A DNA stretch of 64,000 nt from Methylovulum miyakonense HT12 (GTDB lineage: Bacteria; Pseudomonadota; Gammaproteobacteria; Methylococcales; Methylomonadaceae): NCBI RefSeq assembly GCF_000384075.1, contig NZ_KB913025.1, positions 2,744,450-2,808,449 of the forward strand. Reading direction: 5' to 3'. The position numbers and the translations under genes are program-made. The notes under the pieces were generated by a model. That model did not search any database, was not told where the DNA came from, and was given only the letters and a program-made list of their open reading frames with translations. Positions 9,349 to 18,782 of the stretch are shown here, piece by piece (the stretch's first letter is position 1; every line of letters starts with the position of its first letter).

Positions 9349-10857
9349 TCAGCCCTCATAAACATCATCCTGCATAATCAAAAACAATACCCAAGAAAAT
9401 TCCCCGGTGCTGATTTTTGATCCGCAATAGCCGCATTCGGCGGTTTGTCCCATATTATCGGCGGGTGCGCCGCATTGGGGGCAACTGGTCAAGCTATACG
9501 GTGCAGTGTGGGCGGCTTTGCCTGTGCGGCGGACGAATGTCCAGTATTCGCTGTAACTGCGGCGGTTGCGTTTGGAACCGCCGATGATTTTACCGTTAGC
9601 ATCTTCGGTGTAATCAAAACACGAAGCAAAAATCCTCACCGTGATCGCTTGGTAATATTTATCCAGCTCGATTTTGGCGGGCACGATTTGGCTGATGTTG
9701 ATGTCGTCCAAACGGTTATGCCAATCGTGTTCGGCGTATAAAGCCAGCCAAAATGAATTGGCTTCATACAAACGATCTGACAACAAATGCCGCACGCCTT
9801 GCCAATCGCGCTGGCTCCAATGTTCGTAAATGCTCAGGAAATAGGCTTTTACTATGTCATCGGCAAAGGGTTGCCAAAAACTGTTCCAATCGGGTAAGGA
9901 TTGTTGTTGGATGTAACTTTGCATTTGTTCCGCCAAGCCGTCTTGCTTGATGGTTATGAGTTGCGTGCCTTGTTCCTCGGCATAAGACACCAAATCGCTA
10001 GCCGCTAAGGCAGTCGTCCGCAGTACCACGCGCTTGCTTAAATACCATTGTTTTTCACCTTTATTGATGACCGTGCCGCAATGACCGCATTCGCCGGAAT
10101 CAGTGAAGTGCGCGGGTGCGCCACACTGTGGGCAACATAAGGTTTGCATTTTGTCCGGTTCGGCGGACAGCAAGCCTTTTTGCCGATAAAACAGCCAGCG
10201 CTCGGTGACGGTGTAGCGTGTGGCTTTATCTTGCTGATGCAGGGTGTAATTGGCATCAATGACTAAACTGATGCTTTCAGTCTCTGTGCCTTGGGTACTG
10301 ATGCTTTCCCAGCGGATGCCGTTAATGACGATCTCGTTAACCGTCCACGGCGCGGCTTTTTCAAAATGCTGTTGTAGTTCGGTGCTGAGGAAAGGACTGA
10401 GATAGCTAAATTCAGGATGGGTGGAGTAGCTGTAAAACTTGGTGTAGAGCGAGTGGACAAAATCGATGAATAAAATGCCCGAAAAGTTGGGGTCGCTTTG
10501 TTTGAGCAAGTCCAGTTCATTTTTGAGGGAACTTTGCTGCCGTGATCTGTTAATTGCCGTAGGTGCGGCGACAAAGGGTTGCGGGGCGGTTTTATTTTTC
10601 AGGATGATAATTATGATGATCAGTATGATAAGAAAAAATACTAATCCCGCAGGGTTAGTGTTTACAGAAACACCGTTGTTGTAACCGGAAGAAAAGGATG
10701 GGTTATAAGAAAACGAACCGTAAGATGGTGAGCTATAAGAACCGGAAGAGGAACTATGCCCCGAACTGGAATGCCCACCGCCAGGCCGTGCTTCTGTAAC
10801 GTTAAAACAGGTCATAAGACCCAGCAATAACAGCCAAATCAACAGCATCGCTCTCAT
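9349..10857 (-). CDS. Membrane-anchored protein with a tandem [Tim44-like domain + C4 zinc ribbon] x2 architecture (YdjG-like zinc-ribbon protein?).
   Basis: Signal/TM region, G/S-rich low-complexity stretch, hydrophobic helix (FFLIILIIIIIIL), and two repeated ~180-aa modules each ending in CPQCGAP...GECGHCG / CPQCGAP...AECGYCG. Domain assignment from memory, not searched. Confidence 0.4.
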   Translation of the reverse strand: MRAMLLIWLLLLGLMTCFNVTEARPGGGHSSSGHSSSSGSYSSPSYGSFSYNPSFSSGYNNGVSVNTNPAGLVFFLIILIIIIIILKNKTAPQPFVAAPTAINRSRQQSSLKNELDLLKQSDPNFSGILFIDFVHSLYTKFYSYSTHPEFSYLSPFLSTELQQHFEKAAPWTVNEIVINGIRWESISTQGTETESISLVIDANYTLHQQDKATRYTVTERWLFYRQKGLLSAEPDKMQTLCCPQCGAPAHFTDSGECGHCGTVINKGEKQWYLSKRVVLRTTALAASDLVSYAEEQGTQLITIKQDGLAEQMQSYIQQQSLPDWNSFWQPFADDIVKAYFLSIYEHWSQRDWQGVRHLLSDRLYEANSFWLALYAEHDWHNRLDDINISQIVPAKIELDKYYQAITVRIFASCFDYTEDANGKIIGGSKRNRRSYSEYWTFVRRTGKAAHTAPYSLTSCPQCGAPADNMGQTAECGYCGSKISTGEFSWVLFLIMQDDVYEG

Positions 10858-11477
10858 AAATCCACATCCAAATCATCAGGCAATTCGTTAATGTCATTTG
10901 CAATCGGCGGCAAATGACGGCTAAACACAGGCTGGCTTTTTTCCAGTTGGGTAATTAACGCATCTAAAGGCTTACGTTCGTGAAAAATACCTTGAAAATC
11001 AGCGTGTAAAGTTTTCCATTCCGAAACGGGCAAGGCCATTTCCGCGCCTTTGTCTGCCAGTAAAACCACCCGTTTTTCTAACCACGACACATAAACCAAC
11101 ACCCCAATTTTAGCTTGGGTATGCTGGATGCCACCTTTTTGAAAAATCGCCCGCGCCATGGTCACGACGCTTTTTTCCAAACGTGCTTTTTTAATGCTTA
11201 AGCGTGTCAGCAATGGGAAATGGGCAAGCGCAAAACCGGACAAAAATGCGGCGATCGGTGTGGCATACACGATGTCATCACTAAAATATTCGGGTGCGAA
11301 CATGACGTAGGTAAAGCCCAACCACGCACCAAAAACGCCCCAAACCCAAGCAATGTCACGGTAATCCGCCGAGCGCGGACGCAACACCACGACCATTTCA
11401 ATGTGGGAGTTTTTTTCAATGTGCTTAATGGTTTCCCAAAGCTGCGTTTGCAATTCTGTTGTTAAGGCTTTTTTCAT
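10854..11477 (-). CDS. Small membrane protein (two TM helices), co-operonic with the zinc-ribbon protein. Possibly YdjH/TPM-like.
   Basis: 4-bp overlap with the downstream gene. Hydrophobic segments IAWVWGVFGAWLGFTYVMF and PIAAFLSGFALAHFPLL. Confidence 0.35.
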   Translation of the reverse strand: MKKALTTELQTQLWETIKHIEKNSHIEMVVVLRPRSADYRDIAWVWGVFGAWLGFTYVMFAPEYFSDDIVYATPIAAFLSGFALAHFPLLTRLSIKKARLEKSVVTMARAIFQKGGIQHTQAKIGVLVYVSWLEKRVVLLADKGAEMALPVSEWKTLHADFQGIFHERKPLDALITQLEKSQPVFSRHLPPIANDINELPDDLDVDL

Positions 11478-11533
11478 AGGTCTTTAGCACCGTAGGCTAT
11501 AATCACAATTTTACGCACGAGAGGAATTCAATA

Positions 11534-12553
11534 ATGGGACTTTTTGACGGTTTAAAACGCCAATTACGGTCGGTGATCGAATGGGAAAATCCAGCTCCAA
11601 ACGCCTTGTTTGAACAATGGACCGACAATGGCGATGAAATCAAAAACGCTTCAACCTTAATCGTCGGCCCAGGCCAAGGCTGTATTTTTGTATACCAAGG
11701 CAAAGTGCAGGCGGTTTACCAAGACGAAGGTTCGGTCAATCTCAAAACCGATAATATCCCATTTTGGACGACCATCACCAAATTCATGCAGTTTTTTGAA
11801 AGCGAGCATAAGGTCGGCATTTATTTTTTCCGCAAGACCGTCATCCTCGACCAAAAATGGGGAACAACATCGTTAATCAAATACTTAGACCCTACTTACA
11901 AGTTTCCGGTGGGCCTCAGGGCGTTCGGTAATTATAGTTACCGGATCAAAGAAGCGGGGAGTTTTTTCGTCAATGTCGTGGGTAGCCATGGGCTGTTCAC
12001 TACCGAAACCATGCGCAGCGTTATCGTCTCCCGTTTAAATCAACCGCTGGCGGATTTTCTTGCCACCAGCCATTTCGGCTATCTCGATATTGATGCCAAC
12101 CGTGAGGAAATCGCCGAAAGCGTGCGCGAAAAAATGGCGGCGATTTTTGCCGATTTGGGTTTTGAAATCACCGATTTTAGAATCGAAGGTACGGATTTTG
12201 ATGAAGAGACCTTAAAACGCATCAACCGCATCGCCGACATGACCGCCGAAGCCCAAGCCGCGCAAGCCGTGGGTTTGGATTATGCCAAAATACAGCAACT
12301 GGAAGCCTTGCGCGAAGCGGCGCGTAACGAGGGCGGCGGTGCCGGGATGGGCATGGGTTTAGGGGCGGGCATCAGTTTCGGGCAGAACATCGCCCAGGCC
12401 ATGAACAGCAATGCTGCCGGGACTGTCACCGGCAATAACCCGGTGGTTGATCCGGCGGAGAAATTGGCGCAATTGAAAAAGCTGTTTGAGGCGGAGTTGA
12501 TCTCGGCTGATGAATATGCGGCTAAGAAAAAAGCGATACTCGATGCCTTTTAA
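11534..12553 (+). CDS. SPFH/band-7 family protein (YdjI/COG4260-like) with C-terminal SHOCT domain.
   Basis: N-terminus MGLFDGLKRQLRSVIEWENP...LIVGPGQGCIFVYQGK is typical of the Band_7_1 SPFH family. C-terminus EKLAQLKKLFEAELISADEYAAKKKAILDAF is a SHOCT-like motif. Good RBS (gagaggaa) upstream. Confidence 0.55.
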   Translation: MGLFDGLKRQLRSVIEWENPAPNALFEQWTDNGDEIKNASTLIVGPGQGCIFVYQGKVQAVYQDEGSVNLKTDNIPFWTTITKFMQFFESEHKVGIYFFRKTVILDQKWGTTSLIKYLDPTYKFPVGLRAFGNYSYRIKEAGSFFVNVVGSHGLFTTETMRSVIVSRLNQPLADFLATSHFGYLDIDANREEIAESVREKMAAIFADLGFEITDFRIEGTDFDEETLKRINRIADMTAEAQAAQAVGLDYAKIQQLEALREAARNEGGGAGMGMGLGAGISFGQNIAQAMNSNAAGTVTGNNPVVDPAEKLAQLKKLFEAELISADEYAAKKKAILDAF

Positions 12554-12592
12554 TTGCATGAGGGGGAGACTGGCGCTTGGGCTTGTTGCCCG

Positions 12593-13516
12593 TTAGCCAA
12601 CCATGATCCGGTTACGCCCGGACGCCTTGGCCTTGTAGAGCGCGGTGTCGGCGCGGCGTAAGAATTCGGTGCCTTGTTGGCCTGCCACAAGTTCAGCGAC
12701 ACCAATGCTGACTGTGATTGGATCCCGAAACACTTCCAACTGGCAGCCGCCCATTGCCCCCTTAATCCGTTCCGCAATGGCAGTGGCTTGTTCAAGAGGG
12801 GTATGTGGCATCAGGATGATGAATTCTTCGCCACCAAACCGAATCACCGTGTCTGTCACCCGTGTTTGCTGGCGTAACAGTTTGCCAAACCTTATGAGCA
12901 CTTCGTCCCCGGTATCATGTCCCCATGTGTCGTTGACTTTCTTAAAGTGGTCCAGGTCGGCCATGAGTGCGCAAAACTTCTCGCCAGTGCGTTCGGCGCG
13001 GCTGATTTCGACAGGCAGCACTTGTTCCAATTGCCGGCGATTGCCGACGCCTGTGAGTTGGTCGGTCAATGACAAGGCAAGGATTTCCGCCTCGCGTTGC
13101 TGTAGCTTCAGATTGGTCTGGGCAAGCCGGAACTGGGCGTCGGCGTAGTCGCGGTTGAGCGCGAGCAGGGTACCATAGAGACGTTCCAACTCTTCGATGT
13201 CATATTCAGCAAGCAAGCGCAGCTCCGAGTTTACCCGCCAAATGCGGGTGCGCAGGGTGCGTGCGTGCGTCATATAATCGCCTAGGGTCAAGAGTCCGTG
13301 GTAAATCCGCCCTTCCGTATCCGCCTCCATACTGACGAGCAAGGCAAAATCCGGTTGGATGAAGAATTGGGCCACCCGTTTGCCTGCCGGTTGCTCCCCC
13401 TCCATATTGATGAGCCGCAGGAATCCGGCATTTGCTTTTACCAGTGTGCCGTCATCACGGATGGTGGCCACTGCGATGGTGAGCAACCCTTTTAGCTCAG
13501 GTCCGATCCACTTCAT
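12593..13516 (-). CDS. Diguanylate cyclase (GGDEF, GGEEF active site) with N-terminal PAS-like sensor and coiled coil.
   Basis: RRQLEQ...MADLDHFKKVNDTWGHDTGDEVL...RFGGEEFIIL motifs. Confidence 0.8.
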   Translation of the reverse strand: MKWIGPELKGLLTIAVATIRDDGTLVKANAGFLRLINMEGEQPAGKRVAQFFIQPDFALLVSMEADTEGRIYHGLLTLGDYMTHARTLRTRIWRVNSELRLLAEYDIEELERLYGTLLALNRDYADAQFRLAQTNLKLQQREAEILALSLTDQLTGVGNRRQLEQVLPVEISRAERTGEKFCALMADLDHFKKVNDTWGHDTGDEVLIRFGKLLRQQTRVTDTVIRFGGEEFIILMPHTPLEQATAIAERIKGAMGGCQLEVFRDPITVSIGVAELVAGQQGTEFLRRADTALYKAKASGRNRIMVG

Positions 13517-13522
13517 ATTGGG

Positions 13523-14584
13523 TTAACCAATGATCCGGTTGGCATGGATGAGCGCGGCCTGGGCATCCTTGCCGCAAGCATCGGCGCCTAACGTTTTGGC
13601 CAATTTCTCAAAACGGTTGATGGCAAGCCCTCCGACCATTACGAAGGGCCTTGCGTCGCCCGGTTGTTGGCGAAGTTGTGTGATGGTTTCTTTAACTGCG
13701 TGTAGGTGGTGGGCAAGCGCCACCGACAGGCCTACCACGTCAGGTTTCCACTCCTTTGCCTCCTGGACCAGTGTTAGGGAGGGTACATTTTCGCCAAGAT
13801 AGTGCACATCCCAGCCCCCAAGCAGGAACGCATCAGCGACCATGCGCAATCCGACAGCATGATAGTTGCCTTCGACACAGGCCAGTAACACCCGTTTGCC
13901 AGTTTGCCCTGACTGTGTTGACCGTAGCAGCCCGGTTGTCATCACGGACTGCGCAATTGCCGTCGCCATGTGCTCTTTGGCGACTGACACCAGGTTTGAT
14001 TGCCATTTTTCGCCAATATGGTAAAGCGCGGCTTGGATAATGTGCAGTTCGATGTCAATGAGGTTATGCCCGTCGTCGATACAACAGTTTACTATTGCTA
14101 ATGCCCCTTTCTGGTTGCCGTCGAGCAACGCCGCCTCAAATGCCGCTGTTTCGGGCCACGGTTTAGGGGGCTGGGGAGGAGCCGGTTTGGCCCCTCTGGA
14201 CGCTAAATAAGTGTCCCGTGCCGCCAATAGCGCGGTATTGACCACTTTGGCGTCCGCTGCTTCCATGTGTCCAGAAAAGAAATCCGCCAGATATTCTAAT
14301 GACTCGGCAATGTGGGCAACTGGAATTGCCCGCACCGACAGCATATTGTCCAGCCAAACCAGGTAATCCACCAGAGGCTGCAATAGCCCGAATTCAAGTG
14401 CCGGACGAAGAAATTCGAGGTGTAACTTAATCTCCTCATGGCAAGCCTGACGGCCACAGGCCCAAAGTTGTCCATAAATCGCCATGTGCGCTTGATAAAA
14501 CCGGCCCGCGACCGTGTCCGCCGCGTCCGCCTGCAGCGCATGGAACCGCTCCAATCCTTTCTTCTCCAATGTTGTCAACAACAT
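13523..14584 (-). CDS. CarH-like cobalamin-binding photoreceptor-type module without a DNA-binding domain. It has an N-terminal unknown domain, a B12-binding_2 helical bundle and a Rossmann B12-binding domain.
   Basis: Wx9EH motif (WQSNLVSVAKEH) as in the CarH AdoCbl light sensor. ExxH-type lower-ligand region VEGNYHAVGLRMVAD aligns with CarH GEQHEIGARMVAD. 6-bp gap to the downstream GGDEF gene. Confidence 0.6.
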   Translation of the reverse strand: MLLTTLEKKGLERFHALQADAADTVAGRFYQAHMAIYGQLWACGRQACHEEIKLHLEFLRPALEFGLLQPLVDYLVWLDNMLSVRAIPVAHIAESLEYLADFFSGHMEAADAKVVNTALLAARDTYLASRGAKPAPPQPPKPWPETAAFEAALLDGNQKGALAIVNCCIDDGHNLIDIELHIIQAALYHIGEKWQSNLVSVAKEHMATAIAQSVMTTGLLRSTQSGQTGKRVLLACVEGNYHAVGLRMVADAFLLGGWDVHYLGENVPSLTLVQEAKEWKPDVVGLSVALAHHLHAVKETITQLRQQPGDARPFVMVGGLAINRFEKLAKTLGADACGKDAQAALIHANRIIG

Positions 14585-14635
14585 AGCTCAATCCTTCAAT
14601 GTCCTAATCCGTAGTTTGTGGCTAAATGGCAAGTG

Positions 14636-14690
14636 GTTATCCGAAAATTTTTTAACATGAAAATATGGGGGGGGCTTTAAGTTTCGGATA
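14636..14690. promoter_or_regulatory. Perfect 10-bp inverted repeat (ttatccgaaa ... tttcggataa) 45 bp apart. It lies in the divergent promoter region between the B12-binding gene and the TetR gene.
   Basis: Seen directly at 14636-14645 and 14681-14690. Candidate operator. Confidence 0.3.
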
Positions 14691-14885
14691 AGCAAAACCA
14701 ATAGGCACTAGCCAACATCAGGTTCCATATATTAGCAAATGTCGATTAATAGTGTGCAGAATTTACCGCCATGCCTGTAAGGTTATGGTAAGCCGGGGCA
14801 TCCGCAACCGGGTAGATTTTAGCTGACGTAAGGCTCATGATAACGGCATAATGGCAGGAACTGAAGTTCACCTATTTAGGAAGCC

Positions 14886-15488
14886 ATGCCACAACCCAAA
14901 CCCACACAAAAACAAATCAATAAAGAAAATTTATTAAGCCAAGGTGTCACCTTGCTGACCCATAAGGGTTATCACGGTACGGGCCTGAAGGAAATTTTGG
15001 ATGCCGTGCAAATCCCCAAGGGCTCGTTTTATAACTATTTCGGTAGCAAGGAAAATTTTGCCGCTGAAGTCACGCAGCATTATATCGCCCCGTTCATCAA
15101 GCAACTGGACGCCCATTTACAAAACCCGGATGGTGATGCGCTGGGCGCGATCAAACGCTATTTTGGCGAATTGATCAATGAATTGGAACAGACCGATTTT
15201 AAAGGCGGTTGCTTGTTGGGGAATTTGATGGGCGAAATCGGCGACACCAGCGAAGTGGTCAGGGCTTCCTTGCAACAGGCGGTCAACCAATACCGTGATT
15301 TGTTGCAGGCGGGCCTGGCTAAAGCCCAACAGGAAGGTACCGTGCGGACCGACAAATCCGCCGGGGAAATGGCGGATTTATTGGTCAATACCTGGCAGGG
15401 CGTATTGTTGCGTATGAAAATTGACAAATCCTCTGTGCCGCTTAAGCAATGCTGCACAAATTTATTGGATGAATATTTCAGGAATTGA
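14886..15488 (+). CDS. TetR/AcrR family transcriptional regulator.
   Basis: N-terminal HTH GVTLLTHKGYHGTGLKEILDAVQIPKGSFYNYFGSKE. Confidence 0.8.
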   Translation: MPQPKPTQKQINKENLLSQGVTLLTHKGYHGTGLKEILDAVQIPKGSFYNYFGSKENFAAEVTQHYIAPFIKQLDAHLQNPDGDALGAIKRYFGELINELEQTDFKGGCLLGNLMGEIGDTSEVVRASLQQAVNQYRDLLQAGLAKAQQEGTVRTDKSAGEMADLLVNTWQGVLLRMKIDKSSVPLKQCCTNLLDEYFRN

Positions 15489-15545
15489 TGCTACTATGTT
15501 TTTTCGAGACGACTGGTCATTTTTTATTATACGAGGAGACACATC

Positions 15546-15821
15546 ATGCCAAAATACATTATCGAACGTGACATTCCGGGGGCAGGCGCTTTGACGGCGG
15601 CAGATCTGCAAGGCATTTCCCAAAAGTCCTGCGGCGTCCTTAGCGACATGGGCCCCAAGATCCAGTGGGTGGAAAGTTATGTGACCAATGATAAGGTCTA
15701 TTGCGTTTACATCGCGCCTGATGAGGCGACTGTGAAAGAACATGCGGAAAAAGGTGGCTTCCCGGCAAACCGCATTTCTGAAATTAAAACCATGATTGAC
15801 CCGACTACCGCCGAAGCGTAA
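15546..15821 (+). CDS. DUF4242-like small protein.
   Basis: ~90 aa starting MPKYIIERDIPGAG with W..SYV..D..YCVY.AP pattern remembered for DUF4242. Not searched. Confidence 0.4.
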   Translation: MPKYIIERDIPGAGALTAADLQGISQKSCGVLSDMGPKIQWVESYVTNDKVYCVYIAPDEATVKEHAEKGGFPANRISEIKTMIDPTTAEA

Positions 15822-15890
15822 TTGCCACAACCGCGGCACAGGTAAGGCATCCGTGCCGCGGTTGGCCAATCTCCACCTTAAATCCATGAG

Positions 15891-17066
15891 TTGACAATGA
15901 AAACAAAAAATACTCTGAAATCCCTGCTGGTAGGTGTGGCATTGTTGTCGCCGCTGGCGCACGCCGAAATCCTGGCGATGCTCAATTATGAAAGCAAACC
16001 CAACGTTACCCCGCGCCGCGAAGGCATAGCCATCATTGACGTAGACCCAAGTTCGGCTAACTTCAGCAAAATAATCACCGATATTCCGCTGCCGCCGGAT
16101 TTGGTCGGGCACCATATTTTTTACAATAAAGACGCCAGCAAGGCTTATTTCACTTCTTTAGGCAGCAACCCGCTGCAAGTCATGGATATGAAAAAATATC
16201 CTTACCGCCTCAAGACGGTGGATGTGCCGGACTGTAAAGTGGCAGAGGATGTGGCGTTTTCGAAAGACCAAAAAACCTGGTATTTGACTTGCATGGGTTC
16301 CAGCAATGTCATCGTCGGCGATGCGCAAGCCGACAGAGCCGTCAGTACCATTGCCGCGCCAGAAACGGCGGGCGCGCACGCGTTTATCAGCTATCCGCAT
16401 GGCATTGGTTTGCAGGATGACATTGACCGTATCGTTGTGACCAGCACCGTACGCCCATCGGATTTGGGTGCGCCGGGCGAGACGGTTTCTGTCATCGAAG
16501 CCAGCAGCGGCAAAGTGTTGTCCACCCACAAACTTTCTGACAAACCATCGCCTTCCGGGGTTTCGCCCGTTGAGGCCGTATTCCTGCCGGGCGCAAATCC
16601 GGCCACCGTGTATGTCAACAATATGTTCGGCGGCACGATTTGGGCGGGCGTTTGGGATAAGGACGGCAAGGAATTTAAATTCCACGAAATCTATGATTTT
16701 AACCTGATCAAACAAGGTGTGCCGTTGGAGATTTATTTCAACCACGACCATAACCGCATGTTTGTGACCACCGCCAATCCGGGGGCGTTGAATGTGTTCG
16801 ACATTAGCAAACCCACGCAACCGAAGTTGCTAAAGTCCATCCCCACCGCGGGCGGTGCGCACCATGTCGTGTTTTCGCCGGATGAACATTATGCGTTTGT
16901 GCAGAACAGCTTTTTGAATTTGCCTAAAATGGATGACGGCTCAATTACGGTGGTTGATTTGGTCAAGATGGAAAAGAAAGCGTCCATTGATACCTTGAAG
17001 AACCAGGGGTTTAACCCTAACTGCATCGTGATGCTGCCGGAATGGCACCATGATGATGCACATTAA
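15891..17066 (+). CDS. Secreted hypothetical protein, probably beta-propeller-like.
   Basis: Signal peptide (LLVGVALLSPLAHA). No motif I can name with certainty. Confidence 0.3.
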   Translation: MTMKTKNTLKSLLVGVALLSPLAHAEILAMLNYESKPNVTPRREGIAIIDVDPSSANFSKIITDIPLPPDLVGHHIFYNKDASKAYFTSLGSNPLQVMDMKKYPYRLKTVDVPDCKVAEDVAFSKDQKTWYLTCMGSSNVIVGDAQADRAVSTIAAPETAGAHAFISYPHGIGLQDDIDRIVVTSTVRPSDLGAPGETVSVIEASSGKVLSTHKLSDKPSPSGVSPVEAVFLPGANPATVYVNNMFGGTIWAGVWDKDGKEFKFHEIYDFNLIKQGVPLEIYFNHDHNRMFVTTANPGALNVFDISKPTQPKLLKSIPTAGGAHHVVFSPDEHYAFVQNSFLNLPKMDDGSITVVDLVKMEKKASIDTLKNQGFNPNCIVMLPEWHHDDAH

Positions 17067-17084
17067 AACCATCCGGTTTTAAGC

Positions 17085-17116
17085 AAAAAAGGCCGCATGA
17101 TGCGGCCTTTTTTGTT
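17085..17116. terminator. Bidirectional intrinsic terminator: ggccgcatgatgcggcc stem with A-run before and T-run after.
   Basis: aaaaaaggccgcatgatgcggcctttttt between the convergent genes ending at 17066 (+) and 17141 (-). Confidence 0.75.
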
Positions 17117-17140
17117 ACCAAAGAGGAGAGGGCTTGTCAA

Positions 17141-18511
17141 TTAGCCGCGGTCATTCTTGTCTAGGGCAAAGGGTGCTACGGTTTGTGGTGTCAAGTTAGG
17201 CAGGTCGGCATCTTCAAAAGTGAAGACGAAAAACTGGTTAGGGTTAGCGACCCCGCCTACAGAAGGTAAAAAGTCATTGTCATTGGCGATGAACAACGTG
17301 TGTTTGGTCACGCCATTAACAACCAGGTCAGGGCCAAAGGCAATCCCTTCAATTTTTGCCGGGATTTCTGTCGCGCTAATGCCATTTGCCACCAATTCAG
17401 CGACGACATCCAAGAAGGGTGATGCGGATTTGGTCACTAACGGAGTGGTTGCGTCGATAGTGGCTACGCCGCTGACGTCGGTTGCGCCAGCCAGGTCGAT
17501 TTTATACAGTTTTTTGACAACCGCTGCCGAGCCGTCACCTAAGCCTTTACCATCACGTTCATCAACCAAAAATTCGTGGTCGTTAATCGCTACGATGTCG
17601 CTGGCGCCGGAACCATCGGTCAATTTATAGGCATATTCATGCATTGTGCCGCTAGCAATATCAATGGTGACAATGCGCAGGTATTTTTTGGTGTCTTGGA
17701 GCAAGTTGGCTTGCATGATACCGACTAAGGTTGTGCCGTCAGGGGTGATCGCCAAGCCTTCCATGCCTTTGTTGGCAGTTCTGCCGGACGTGTTTGCGGC
17801 AATTTCACCGTCCGGGCCTGATTCGTAGGAACGGGGGTTGGCAACAGCGAAGCGGTTAGGCAACTTGAATGTTTTCATCAACCGTCCGCTTGTCCGGTTA
17901 AATTGATAAATATAGGGGCCGTATTCGTCAGAAATAAAGACGCTTTTGCCGTCTTTTGCCACGCGCACGGCTTCTGGGTCGAGACGGGCATTGAAAGGGT
18001 TGGTGGATTTACGGGTCGGATTAAAGTTGTCTGAACGGCCAGTGTAGTAATATTTGCTGGTGGTGTTTAATGCTGGCGCACCATTAAGTGCGTAGGTCAG
18101 GGGTTGGCCATTCGACAACAGCGTGGTGGCGGTCAGTTGCGGGGACAAGATGTAAGGCATCGAACCCACAGCCAGTGCATCGTAACTTGGGTTGACGGCT
18201 AAAGCCAAGTTAAAGGTATGGAAACGGTTGATGTATGAGGTGGTGTCGTCAAGGACCGGATTGTAAGCGACTGCATTAGGGCCACGGTCAGGAAGGGCAA
18301 TGAAGGTGTTGCCGCCCGCATAAGCCAGGCCAGAACCGACGCCGCCTAAAATGTTCCCGGCCACGCCGTTTTCAAGCGCAGTGGCGGTTCTGGGTGAAAG
18401 GTCTTGGTAGCCGCCATCGACTTTTCCGACGGCGACCAAATCAACATTTGCTTGCGCCAGAGGGGCACAGGCCAATAAAGGGATTAAAAAAGGCAATATT
18501 TTTTTTGTCAT
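17141..18511 (-). CDS. Secreted phytase-like ('esterase-like activity of phytase' family) protein.
   Basis: Signal peptide. Overall resemblance to phytase-like beta-propeller proteins (ALPDRGPN region). Weak, from memory. Confidence 0.35.
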   Translation of the reverse strand: MTKKILPFLIPLLACAPLAQANVDLVAVGKVDGGYQDLSPRTATALENGVAGNILGGVGSGLAYAGGNTFIALPDRGPNAVAYNPVLDDTTSYINRFHTFNLALAVNPSYDALAVGSMPYILSPQLTATTLLSNGQPLTYALNGAPALNTTSKYYYTGRSDNFNPTRKSTNPFNARLDPEAVRVAKDGKSVFISDEYGPYIYQFNRTSGRLMKTFKLPNRFAVANPRSYESGPDGEIAANTSGRTANKGMEGLAITPDGTTLVGIMQANLLQDTKKYLRIVTIDIASGTMHEYAYKLTDGSGASDIVAINDHEFLVDERDGKGLGDGSAAVVKKLYKIDLAGATDVSGVATIDATTPLVTKSASPFLDVVAELVANGISATEIPAKIEGIAFGPDLVVNGVTKHTLFIANDNDFLPSVGGVANPNQFFVFTFEDADLPNLTPQTVAPFALDKNDRG

Positions 18512-18782
18512 GATGATAGTCTCAATAGTTAGTTGCTAAAGCTTTGCGATAAAGCCTGAGGATTGTGACTAACTGTTGTTACTGTTTTATTAATTCTTGC
18601 CGATTGCTCCGGTTGACATTAACTTTTAGGCGCAAGGGCTTTGCGTTAGCGTCCCTTTATGGAAAACCGAGGGCCTTAGGCTTGTCCGGTTTGCTGGAAT
18701 GAAGCGAATGAAGCTTGTTGTGTGTGGCGAAGGAGGGAGATCCTGCACCCAACAGGCTGTCGGGTGCAGGGGAGGGGATGGG

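Noticed and set aside
18745-18775. Hairpin cctgcaccc...gggtgcagg downstream of pyk as an intrinsic terminator
   Set aside because: There is no U-run on the transcribed (minus) strand after the stem.
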